Virus record (IMG/VR): IMGVR_UViG_3300032330_001086
Location: 1 to 34,340 of that record
Direction: 5' to 3' (one strand)
Origin: a virus
Lineage: Duplodnaviria; Caudoviricetes
DNA length: 34,340 nucleotides
The notes beneath the pieces were generated by a model. It saw only the letters and a program-made list of their open reading frames with translations. It did not search any database and was not told the DNA's origin. Positions within the stretch are counted from its first letter, which is position 1. The number at the start of each line of letters is the position of its first letter. Position numbers and translations under genes: made by a program. Positions 16,898 to 25,433 of the stretch are shown piece by piece.

Positions 16898-18046
16898 ATG
16901 GATGCCAGTAATCTAGTTGCCAAAGGCAATATACTTAGAGATCAAAATGACTTTGAAGGGGCCACGGCTGCCTATGCCGAGGCCTGCATCAAAGATCCTG
17001 ACTGCTACAGTGCGTTCAACAACTATGGCAATCTTTTAAGAGAAACACTGAGACCACGCCAGGCCATACCTTTCTTGCAGGCAGCCTGTACCATGCAGTT
17101 TGCTGAAGCTCATGCTCCGTTCAATTTGGCTGTGGCCTATCTCAGCATTGAGGACTATCCCAATGGTTGGCGGTACTATGAAAGTCGTTGGGACTATGAA
17201 CACATGCAAGGCATGTTGCCCAAGTTAGAAGCACCTAGATGGAACGGTGAAGATCTTCGAGATAAAACCATTTTTGTGTGTGGCGAACAGGGCTTTGGTG
17301 ACATAATACAGATGTCGCGCTTCTTTCAAAACCTACACGACCTAGGAGCCCGAGTGAAACTCACTGTGGAAAAGAACATCATACCACTGTTTGAAGGCAG
17401 CACAGTGTTGGAAAGTGTAACAAGACCAGATGTGCATCCAGGACACTTTGACTACTGGACCATGCTCATGGACTTGCCCGGACGCTTGGGTATAACCCGA
17501 GAAACCTTGCCTGCACCCTTGCAGTACATTGGTGCCAGACAGGACAAAATTGCTGCCTGGCAACAACGACTAGGACCAAAGACTCGAATGAGAATTGGCT
17601 TTGCTTATTCTGGGCGCAGAGATTCATGGATCAATCAACACAAAAGCATGCCATTGACCACTATGATGCAGTTGATAAAACAATGTCCCGAAGCTGATTG
17701 GATTAGTCTGCAAGTGGATGCTGATGACAATGATACTGCACTGTTGCGGCAAGAAGGCTTGCCCTTGTACCCAGGCAGCATTTCCGACTGGACTGACACA
17801 GCAGGACTAGTTCACAATTTAGATTTGGTTGTCAGCGTGGACACTGCTGTGGCACACTTGGCAGCAGCCATGGGCAAGCCTGTGTGGGTACCACTTAATC
17901 GTTACGCACCTTGCTGGCGTTGGGGCGTGGACAAAGACACCATGCCATGGTATCCCACAATTAGAATCTTTAGACAGGCTGTGCATGGCCAGTGGGATGA
18001 TCCGTTAAATCGCATTGCTAGATTTATTCGAACTTTCAAGCCGTAA
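16898..18046 (+). CDS. TPR-containing glycosyltransferase (GT9 / heptosyltransferase-like GT-B fold)
   Basis: N-terminal TPRs (AFNNYGNLL, FNLAVAYL), GW..YE.RW, EQGFGD.IQ..RF, LDLVVSVDTAVAHLAAAMGKP.W, WRW, WYP..R.FRQ. Confidence 0.88.
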   Translation: MDASNLVAKGNILRDQNDFEGATAAYAEACIKDPDCYSAFNNYGNLLRETLRPRQAIPFLQAACTMQFAEAHAPFNLAVAYLSIEDYPNGWRYYESRWDYEHMQGMLPKLEAPRWNGEDLRDKTIFVCGEQGFGDIIQMSRFFQNLHDLGARVKLTVEKNIIPLFEGSTVLESVTRPDVHPGHFDYWTMLMDLPGRLGITRETLPAPLQYIGARQDKIAAWQQRLGPKTRMRIGFAYSGRRDSWINQHKSMPLTTMMQLIKQCPEADWISLQVDADDNDTALLRQEGLPLYPGSISDWTDTAGLVHNLDLVVSVDTAVAHLAAAMGKPVWVPLNRYAPCWRWGVDKDTMPWYPTIRIFRQAVHGQWDDPLNRIARFIRTFKP

Positions 18047-18071
18047 AATAGCCCCTTTCGGGGCTAGTTTA
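18045..18071. terminator. Bidirectional intrinsic terminator between the convergent glycosyltransferase and peroxiredoxin genes
   Basis: AAAA-TAGCCCC-TTTC-GGGGCTA-GTTTT. Confidence 0.8.
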
Positions 18072-18596
18072 TTGACGCTGCAAATGCTTTAACAAATTCT
18101 CTGGACTAGATTCGCCATATGGATCTGCACCGTGATTGTCTTCACGACCAGGTTCTTCAAACCAGGCCTCAACCACACCGTCGTTCACAATCATGGCATA
18201 ACGCCAGCTACGGTCACCAAAACCAAGATTGTCTTTGTGCACCAACATGCCCATGAGTCGTGTAAATGTTCCAGAACCGTCGGGGATAACTTTGACATTC
18301 TTTAATTCTTGTCGCCGGGCCCAGGCGTTCATCACAAAGGCATCATTAACGCTCAAACAATAGATGTCTTGAATGCCGTGACTTTGAAACTGTTCAAATT
18401 TCCGTTCAAATCCAGGTAACTGATATGTGCTGCAGGTTGGTGTAAAAGCACCTGGCAGACTAAACACAATCACTCTACGACCTCGGAAATAATCATCGGT
18501 GGTGACATCTTGCCAACGATAAGGGTTTGGTCCCTCCACGCTTTCATCGCGCACACGAGTTTTAAATGTAACTTTTGGTAACGGTTTTCCTAGCAT
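18069..18596 (-). CDS. Peroxiredoxin (Prx5 subfamily)
   Basis: FSLPGAFTPTCS, SVNDAFVMNAW, IPDGSG.FT, RSWRYAMIV.DG.VE. Confidence 0.95.
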   Translation of the reverse strand: MLGKPLPKVTFKTRVRDESVEGPNPYRWQDVTTDDYFRGRRVIVFSLPGAFTPTCSTYQLPGFERKFEQFQSHGIQDIYCLSVNDAFVMNAWARRQELKNVKVIPDGSGTFTRLMGMLVHKDNLGFGDRSWRYAMIVNDGVVEAWFEEPGREDNHGADPYGESSPENLLKHLQRQ

Positions 18597-18615
18597 AGGA
18601 TTCTCCTAAAACTAT

Positions 18616-18644
18616 ATTTTAGCACAGATTCCAATGCAGGTCAA
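18616..18644 (-). promoter_or_regulatory. Sigma70-type promoter for peroxiredoxin
   Basis: TTGACC-17 nt-TAAAAT with extended TG, SD AGGAG downstream. Confidence 0.7.
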
Positions 18645-19309
18645 CGATTTCGACAGCTATCACCGTGCCAGCGAGCGTAGCCATTGACTGCTACCATTTG
18701 ATTGCAATGTATGCAGTGCACTTTTTCTCTTTTGGAACCACGAACAGCATCTGCTTTGCGCTGAATGGTTTCTGCTGATTGTTTACGGCCCAAGGCTTTG
18801 GCTCTCATTTTTGTTCGAGTTTCTTCCGACACTACAGCCCCGTAGCGACTGTTATTTGATCCGGAACCAGCGGCAGATAATTTGGCTCGCCATTCTTCGC
18901 TAAAAGGGGCACGCTTCCGACCTTTTTGAGCTTTGATTTGCTTTACTTTTTCGTCCAATGGTTGTACTCTACCTTTGTTCATATCAGAAATATATTTTGA
19001 ATATTCTTTTCGTAAATTTTCATACACTCGTGAAGTTATTTTTGACTGGTATCTTTTTTGATGAATGCTTTCAGCTCGCATCATGTACATGGCGTTTATC
19101 ATTTTACTTTTTGCTGTACCCGTGTGCATTTTAGTCAACAACCAATGACATATAAAGTGTTCCCTGGCAGTTAAATCCACCAGATTTTCACTGTCATCGG
19201 AACCGCCTAAACTGCGAGGAGTAATATGGTGTCGTTCAGTGTATTCGTTGCTGACACGGTTACGAGCGTTTTCTGTAATAGAGTTGTACCATCTGTAATA
19301 TTTGTTCAT
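18641..19309 (-). mobile_element. Free-standing HNH homing endonuclease with NUMOD3-like basic repeats
   Basis: YTERHHITPRSLGGSD..NLV.LTAREHFICH.LL, repeats SEETRTKMR / SAETIQRK, C-terminal CIHC...H...C. AT-rich, with its own TAAATA at 19315-19320. Confidence 0.9.
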
Positions 19310-19353
19310 GCTGTTATTTATGTTTGTTAATTCAACATTTAACTATAGCCAAC

Positions 19354-19378
19354 AAAAAAGGCGCATTGCTGCGCCTTT
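19354..19378 (-). terminator. Rho-independent terminator after the major capsid gene
   Basis: AAAGGCGCA-GCAA-TGCGCCTTT-TTT. Confidence 0.88.
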
Positions 19379-19427
19379 GTTGCCTTCCCATCCCTGGGTC
19401 GTTAAAACTATTGTTGGATAACCAATC

Positions 19428-20624
19428 TCAGCTAAACGAGAGATTACTTACGGCAATTTCTCCGAGGTAATCAGCTGCGTTACCGAACGAACTTGCAGTA
19501 TTAGTGAGCTCTACATATCCGTAACGAGTCATAAACGAAACGACTGGTTCGAATGTGGTTGGATCAAGCACAACACCACTGCTCATCAAAGGAATGTATG
19601 GGCAGTAGAATGCTGCTGCGTCTGCTTCTGACGAGCCTTTGTAGCCCACCAAAACTGCTTGTGTGTCTGGAGCATAGCTGTCGACGAACACGCGCATTGC
19701 ACCGTTCAATGTACCAACAAACTTGGTGTTTGTAGGTGCTTCGAATGTGCCTTCTGTGGTGCGAGCAAAAGCTGAAGTTGTTGCTGATTGCAACACTGTC
19801 AAACTTGCTGAACTTACAACGGCCCAGTTACCAGCGCCACGACGTGTACGCTGAGCAATCAGGTTAGCAACACGATTGATTAGAACTGCCAGTGCGGCAT
19901 GCTCGTCACCAACGAATGTGGCTGTACCTGAAACTGTTGCTTGGTTGTATGTAAACTCTGTTGCTGCTAGGGTACGTAAGCTCAGGAGGATCTCCTGATC
20001 AATTTCAGCTGTGATCTCTTGTGCCAGAGCTGCCATGATTTCAGCTTCAACGTCAATACCATGCATGGCTTGTGCGTCTTGTGCTGATTCAAATGTCCAG
20101 CGAGCTTGTAGCTTGCGGGTCTTGGCTTCAACGGCTTGTTTCAGGATCTGCACTGAAATTTGCTTACCGCCTGTACCTTCCATCACTGCTGTTGGGCCGC
20201 CTGTGTAGTTGGCTGTTGTGCTGGTGCTGGATGGAACTGTGGAGTATGCTGTTGCAATCTTGAATGGGCTCAGGGCTTCTTCACCGGCTTGTACGCTGGT
20301 TGCTGCTGCACTGGTATCAGTCAAGGATTGTGCATAACGCACACGCAGGGTGTGGATTTGACCCACAGGACCTGTCATAGGCTGTACACCTACCAACTCG
20401 TTAGCAATAACTGTTGGCATTACACGTCTGATTACTGGCAGAATCACACGATTCAGGGTAGCAATATTACCAGCTGCTGTTGAACCTGAACTTGCTGCTT
20501 CTGACAAATAACGACGAGTGTTTTCTAGGATGACACTCATTGCAGTGCGACGGCCGCCTTTTAGGCCTTCCATCAACGCTTCTTTGGTTTCACCCCAGCG
20601 ACCTTCTAGTAGTTCTTGTGACAT
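19428..20624 (-). CDS. gp23: Major capsid protein
   Basis: LP.IRRVMP..IANELVGVQPMTGP.G.I..LR..Y, VEAKTRKLQARWT.E.AQD..A.HGID.E.E, EI..EID.EI, TRRG.GN, FYCPYIPL, F.P....MTRYG. Confidence 0.97.
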   Translation of the reverse strand: MSQELLEGRWGETKEALMEGLKGGRRTAMSVILENTRRYLSEAASSGSTAAGNIATLNRVILPVIRRVMPTVIANELVGVQPMTGPVGQIHTLRVRYAQSLTDTSAAATSVQAGEEALSPFKIATAYSTVPSSTSTTANYTGGPTAVMEGTGGKQISVQILKQAVEAKTRKLQARWTFESAQDAQAMHGIDVEAEIMAALAQEITAEIDQEILLSLRTLAATEFTYNQATVSGTATFVGDEHAALAVLINRVANLIAQRTRRGAGNWAVVSSASLTVLQSATTSAFARTTEGTFEAPTNTKFVGTLNGAMRVFVDSYAPDTQAVLVGYKGSSEADAAAFYCPYIPLMSSGVVLDPTTFEPVVSFMTRYGYVELTNTASSFGNAADYLGEIAVSNLSFS

Positions 20625-20647
20625 TTAAGTCTCCTCTAAATTTCTTG

Positions 20648-21748
20648 TTATAACCCGGCCAGGCGTTTGAGGTCGATCACATTGCTGCGATCTTCTTGTG
20701 TTTCCTCAACTGCTTGACTTGGGGCAGATTTATCGCCAGTGACTTCGGTTACCGATTCTGCAATTACCTTACGAGCTTTTGCTGGGCGGGTTTCCAAAAC
20801 TGCTGGTAGATACTTTTCAAAAGCATTCTTTAAACGTGCTGTTTGAACACTTTCAAGCAAATTACGCATGACTTCGCGCTTCTCTTCATTGAGAGGAGCC
20901 AGCAAATCATCCATTGTGCTTTGACGCTCATTGGACTCTTTGATCATACGCACTTCGCGTTCCTTGCTCTCGACGAGCACTTTTGCATGCTCGGCAAGAT
21001 TGATGGCCTCTGCCAGACGACGATCTTTTTCAGCAATTACATTATGCAGTTTGCGAACTTCGGCTTTCTCATTGAGATGAGTAGCACCAAATTCACTTGC
21101 AAATGCTTCAAAAATACGACGACCAAAGTTGTTCTCGCGAGCAGCTTTGATGTCTTCGTGCAACTGACCGAGTTCGGCCTTTAGATGACGGCTCACAGCC
21201 TGGCTCATCTTACCAGCACTTTCCTTGACGAATCGTGCTTTCAGTGACTCCAGTTTGCCACGTGCTTCACTGACCAGTCGAACCTTGGTTTCCACTAGGT
21301 CCTTCTTGTCTTGTTGGAACTCTGTGATTTCACGTGCCAAAGCATGCACCACAAAGCCTTCTAACTTGCTCAGGCTTTCTTGATGCATCTTGCGGTCTTT
21401 ACGCAGTTCGCCAATTTCTTCTGCCAATTTGGTTACCAAGAAGCCGTTAAACTTAGTGGCTGATTCTTTCATTTTGGTTTGGAACTTGACGCGATCTTCT
21501 GCTAGTGATTGCTTTTCAGCTTTCACTGCTTCGATCTCTGCTACCAGACTTTCTGTTACCATACGATCTAGGGCTTCCACCATCACTGTTTTATCATGCT
21601 CATAGCGTTGCGCAAATTCCTCGCGGAGTTCTGCGCGTACTTGTTCACGAGCTTCACTTAGTTTGGCTTCCCAAGCTTCAGTGATCTCTTGACGAGTGTC
21701 CTCGTTGACCAAGTCGCTATCTAGTAATGGTTTTAGAGCATCTAACAT
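20648..21748 (-). CDS. gp22: Prohead core scaffolding protein
   Basis: Glu/Lys-rich coiled coil of 366 aa between protease and capsid genes. Confidence 0.85.
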   Translation of the reverse strand: MLDALKPLLDSDLVNEDTRQEITEAWEAKLSEAREQVRAELREEFAQRYEHDKTVMVEALDRMVTESLVAEIEAVKAEKQSLAEDRVKFQTKMKESATKFNGFLVTKLAEEIGELRKDRKMHQESLSKLEGFVVHALAREITEFQQDKKDLVETKVRLVSEARGKLESLKARFVKESAGKMSQAVSRHLKAELGQLHEDIKAARENNFGRRIFEAFASEFGATHLNEKAEVRKLHNVIAEKDRRLAEAINLAEHAKVLVESKEREVRMIKESNERQSTMDDLLAPLNEEKREVMRNLLESVQTARLKNAFEKYLPAVLETRPAKARKVIAESVTEVTGDKSAPSQAVEETQEDRSNVIDLKRLAGL

Positions 21749-21760
21749 GCCTTTTTCTCC

Positions 21761-22399
21761 TTAGATTTTGAGATCTTTAATCAGCCGTACTACTTCGCTT
21801 TTTAAAAATCTCTGTGCTTTTTTGTCCGACCCTGCATCCTTGGCAATCTCCAACAGTCGATGACCATACTTCATGTTCATCAAACCTTCATACACTGCTG
21901 TGGGATATGCGTGTGGTGCGCTGGGCTGGGCAACCACATCTACAGTGACAATTTCAAAGTCACTGACGTGTCCGTTGGCGTCGTTGACGTTGCCGCTGCC
22001 ACGACTGCTAACACCTAGTTTCACTCCACTTTCCAACATGGTTTTAACCAGTTGTCCCATGGGTGTTGGTAATATCTTGAGTGTGCCGTAACCAGCAGGA
22101 CCATCCATCCACATTTTCTCAATCATGTGGCTCACACGGTCAAGATTGATTTTTAAGTCATCGGGGTGATCTACTTCGCCCAATACGCTGTGACCAGTCT
22201 TGATCTGTTCATTGATGGTGTCTACTGCTTTGGCAATTTCGTTTACAGGATATACTCGCTCATTGGCGTTGCGAACGCCACCCTCGATGCAAATACCTTT
22301 GAGTTTCAAGATTTTGCCCGAGCCATCAGCAGCTTCCTCAGACAAGACTTCTGCCTTGGCCTGAGTGAAGCTGAGATGTTCTCTTAGATATCGAGCCAT
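21761..22399 (-). CDS. gp21: Prohead core protease
   Basis: N.N.RVYP, LGEVDHP, INLDRVSH, L.TPMG, GVSSRGSG, DVVAQPSAP.AY. Confidence 0.95.
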   Translation of the reverse strand: MARYLREHLSFTQAKAEVLSEEAADGSGKILKLKGICIEGGVRNANERVYPVNEIAKAVDTINEQIKTGHSVLGEVDHPDDLKINLDRVSHMIEKMWMDGPAGYGTLKILPTPMGQLVKTMLESGVKLGVSSRGSGNVNDANGHVSDFEIVTVDVVAQPSAPHAYPTAVYEGLMNMKYGHRLLEIAKDAGSDKKAQRFLKSEVVRLIKDLKI

Positions 22400-22408
22400 A
22401 TCTTTTTA

Positions 22409-23281
22409 TTAAGCCTTAGGGAAAGGAGTTCTGGTGTTTACACCAGCTGCCTGTGCCAAATCTGGCTTGGTTGCTGGACTCATACTCTTACCGCCTGTGG
22501 CTGGGGTGTTTTGAACCTTACCAATTAATTCTTTTGTAGTTGGTGCTGGACGACCTTTTGCTTCACCGCCTACATCTGGATTTACTGGCTTGGCTTCCAT
22601 GCCTGCTTGACCGCTGTTGGCTGCATAAACGGCCTTTTTGTTAACAAAACTTTCTTCAGACTTGACTGGAGCAGGAGCTGCTTTTAAGTCGATGTTTTCG
22701 GCCATGGGCATCATTTCTTCTGTGTCGTCCACTGCCAATGCATCACCAGCCATGTCTTCCATGTCTTCGCCGTCTAGATCACCTTGAGGTGCTTCGTCGC
22801 CCATCAATGACTCAAATTCAGCCATGAGTTCGTCCAGCTTGTCCTCTAGATCAACTACGCGATCTTCTAGATCAGCTTCGTCATGTGCGTCTTCAATGTC
22901 GTGTGTGAGCTCGTGACCAGCTTTTTCTGCTTTGTCATCAAACTCAGCATCATCATCTTCGGTCATGCCTGTTTCTTCCATGTCCACTTCGTGCATGAGG
23001 TCATCAGCAGCATCACCGCCCATGGCACCTTCTTCCATGTCTTCTTTAACTTTACGACCATGTTTGAAGTCATATTCTAAGTCTTTTTTGACTTTTTCTG
23101 CATCACGCTCGGCACGATCGTCTGCTTTTTCATCGTGACTTTCCTCTTCTAGATTTTCCTCATTCATGAGGTTTTCATAGATTTCGCGGCTTTTTTCCAC
23201 AACGATGTCGTGAAATAGCTCGCGTGCCTTAGCGTCATCGTCATTGATGACGTATTCGATTAGTTGTTCAAATTTGTTCAT
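22409..23281 (-). CDS. Highly acidic prohead core protein (gp67/gp68-position analogue)
   Basis: D/E-rich 290-aa protein between portal and protease. SD GGAGG, and TAAATA at 23313-23318. Confidence 0.65.
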   Translation of the reverse strand: MNKFEQLIEYVINDDDAKARELFHDIVVEKSREIYENLMNEENLEEESHDEKADDRAERDAEKVKKDLEYDFKHGRKVKEDMEEGAMGGDAADDLMHEVDMEETGMTEDDDAEFDDKAEKAGHELTHDIEDAHDEADLEDRVVDLEDKLDELMAEFESLMGDEAPQGDLDGEDMEDMAGDALAVDDTEEMMPMAENIDLKAAPAPVKSEESFVNKKAVYAANSGQAGMEAKPVNPDVGGEAKGRPAPTTKELIGKVQNTPATGGKSMSPATKPDLAQAAGVNTRTPFPKA

Positions 23282-23379
23282 GAGTGCCCTCCAAAGTAAT
23301 GGCTCGTGAATATATTTACATATATCTCGAAATAACTGTGCTTTTAGGGCTCAAAAACCGCCAGAACGGCAGTGTTAAT

Positions 23380-23598
23380 TTAGACTGGTGCAGCAGGTGC
23401 TGGTGCGTACTGTTTACGAATTTTTTCTAATTTCTCTTTGAATTCAAAACTGCGAATGTCATTCATCTGACGTAATTTACGCAGTTGTTTTAGTGTCAAC
23501 CGAGTCTTGCGCAGGTCTTTTAACTGCAATTGAGTGTTGTCATCACTCAAGTCTTGATAAGCACCTGGCTCTCGTTGATAAATTTCGTTCAGTATCAT
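23380..23598 (-). CDS. Small basic head-module protein
   Basis: 72 aa, RKTRLTLKQLRKLR. Full TATAAATA at 23604-23611. Confidence 0.7.
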   Translation of the reverse strand: MILNEIYQREPGAYQDLSDDNTQLQLKDLRKTRLTLKQLRKLRQMNDIRSFEFKEKLEKIRKQYAPAPAAPV

Positions 23599-23606
23599 AC
23601 AGATAT

Positions 23607-25415
23607 TTATACCGGACCGCCGGCACTGACACCAGTCACAGCAGCAGCAGGTGCAGGTGCACCTTGGCCAGCATTGCCGCCCACGCCGCCTTGAGTGCCC
23701 GGCGCGCCACCAGCACCCTCTGGATTGATTTCATTGGGACTGCCCAGTTCTTGGCCAGTTTCAATGTCAGATTCCATACCTGCTGGGGTAATACCAATAC
23801 TGCGTAAATCTTGTCCTTGAGTGGTTTGAAGTTCTGGTGTGGCGCGTTCTTCCTCCCACAGCTCTTCGTTTTCCATGATTTCTGCTTCGGTCAAACCTAG
23901 ATAACGTTTGAGCATGAATCGCTTACTAAGGTAAGGTACTTGTTCTAGTTGCGCAAATGCTTGAATACGCACTGCATCCAGTTCACTTTGACGATAACTG
24001 GCAAAATTCTGTGGTGGTGTAAATTTGATGCTGAATAAGCCAGCATCAATGTTGAAGCCTCTCCAACGCAGGTACATTTTGAATTCGTCGTCTAGCTTTT
24101 GAATTACTAAATTTTGCAAACGGGTGCAGTACTGGTTGAAACGGAATTCTTGTATCAATGCCGTGCCCACACGCCCGTCTGTTACTGCCACGGATGAATC
24201 GTCCGGACCAGTGGGCAAGTAGCTAGATGGCACACGCAAACCGCGTGCCATTTTGTTGTTGAAGTATTTCAAGTCGTCAATTTCACCCAGGTTCTCACCG
24301 CCGGGCAATGGTTCAACTGTGGATCCGCGACCGCCTTCACCCACTGGAAAGAAAAAGTCTTCGTTGATGCTGAGAGGATTGTAGGTGGCATCCATCATGT
24401 TAGCGCCGCCACCATTCATTGTGGGGATTCTACGCTGATGCATTTCGTTTTTCACACGTTCCACAAAGGCCATGGCAAGATGACTAGGCATGTTGCCCAC
24501 ATCAATCTTGAACACTCTGCGTTCCGGAGCACGCTGCACACGATAGATCAACACGGCGTCTTCCAGCAATTCTTTTTGCTTGAACACTTTGAAAATGTTT
24601 TCCAACACGCTCTGTCCAAAAGGCCAGAAAAAGTCCAGGCCTTCGTTGAGGCTGATATGAACCACGTGTTTGGCATCCAGGCACATTTCATTCATGGCAC
24701 GATTGAATCTGCTGACACCGGAAGAGGGTGCAGCACCCGAAGGTGCGTTGTAGTTGCCTTGGTTGGTCACTGATCCCACACTGGGATTGACCACAAAGTC
24801 CTGCACTGTCTTGGGTGCCACAGTCATGTTTTGAAAGTTGGGGTTCATGTCGCGAATCACATACTGCTCAGGACGCTTGCCTTCTGATTCGTTTACAATC
24901 ACACGCACAACCTTGGTCATGTCCACCCACATCATTTCAAAGGTTTCGGGATCACGTATGAACACCTGGTCACCGTACTTGATGGTGTTGCGGAACAGTT
25001 TGAACACACGCTGGTCTAGCTTGTTGAGCTTGACCCACTGCTGCAGTTGTTTTTTGATGATGTCTACTTCGTGATCAGTGGGTTTGTCTTTGTACTGCAC
25101 ATCAAATGGCGTGTGATTTTCTTCGTTGAGTCTGGTGCTGAATTCAGACAAAATATCCAAACAAGCATTGACTTCGGAGTCGCAGTCCATGTTTTCATAC
25201 TGGTTGTAACGCTCAATACGATTGGGGTGTCCGCTGTAGACTTCGGGCAATCTGCTGGCATAGTTACGAAAAGCAAAGTTGCTGCGAGCAGTAGAATCGC
25301 TTTGAGTTGCGTTGCCAGTTTTGCTGTAGCCGGGCAAACCAAACTGGTTTTGACCGCTAATTGGGCTCATTTCGCCGCTGACATTAGCGACCTTAAAGTA
25401 TTTTTTCCAGCTCAT
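23607..25415 (-). CDS. gp20: Portal vertex protein
   Basis: Y..MD.D.EV...LD, Q..LLEDAVLIYRVQRAPERRVFKIDVGNMP...A..V, EDFFFP...GGRG..VE.LPGGENLGEIDD..YF..K....L.VP.S. Confidence 0.96.
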   Translation of the reverse strand: MSWKKYFKVANVSGEMSPISGQNQFGLPGYSKTGNATQSDSTARSNFAFRNYASRLPEVYSGHPNRIERYNQYENMDCDSEVNACLDILSEFSTRLNEENHTPFDVQYKDKPTDHEVDIIKKQLQQWVKLNKLDQRVFKLFRNTIKYGDQVFIRDPETFEMMWVDMTKVVRVIVNESEGKRPEQYVIRDMNPNFQNMTVAPKTVQDFVVNPSVGSVTNQGNYNAPSGAAPSSGVSRFNRAMNEMCLDAKHVVHISLNEGLDFFWPFGQSVLENIFKVFKQKELLEDAVLIYRVQRAPERRVFKIDVGNMPSHLAMAFVERVKNEMHQRRIPTMNGGGANMMDATYNPLSINEDFFFPVGEGGRGSTVEPLPGGENLGEIDDLKYFNNKMARGLRVPSSYLPTGPDDSSVAVTDGRVGTALIQEFRFNQYCTRLQNLVIQKLDDEFKMYLRWRGFNIDAGLFSIKFTPPQNFASYRQSELDAVRIQAFAQLEQVPYLSKRFMLKRYLGLTEAEIMENEELWEEERATPELQTTQGQDLRSIGITPAGMESDIETGQELGSPNEINPEGAGGAPGTQGGVGGNAGQGAPAPAAAVTGVSAGGPV

Positions 25416-25433
25416 AGTTTATTATTTATGGTG

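Noticed and set aside
18641-19309. HNH as an intron-encoded ORF within the capsid gene
   Set aside because: The MCP is complete and followed by its terminator, so the HNH is free-standing
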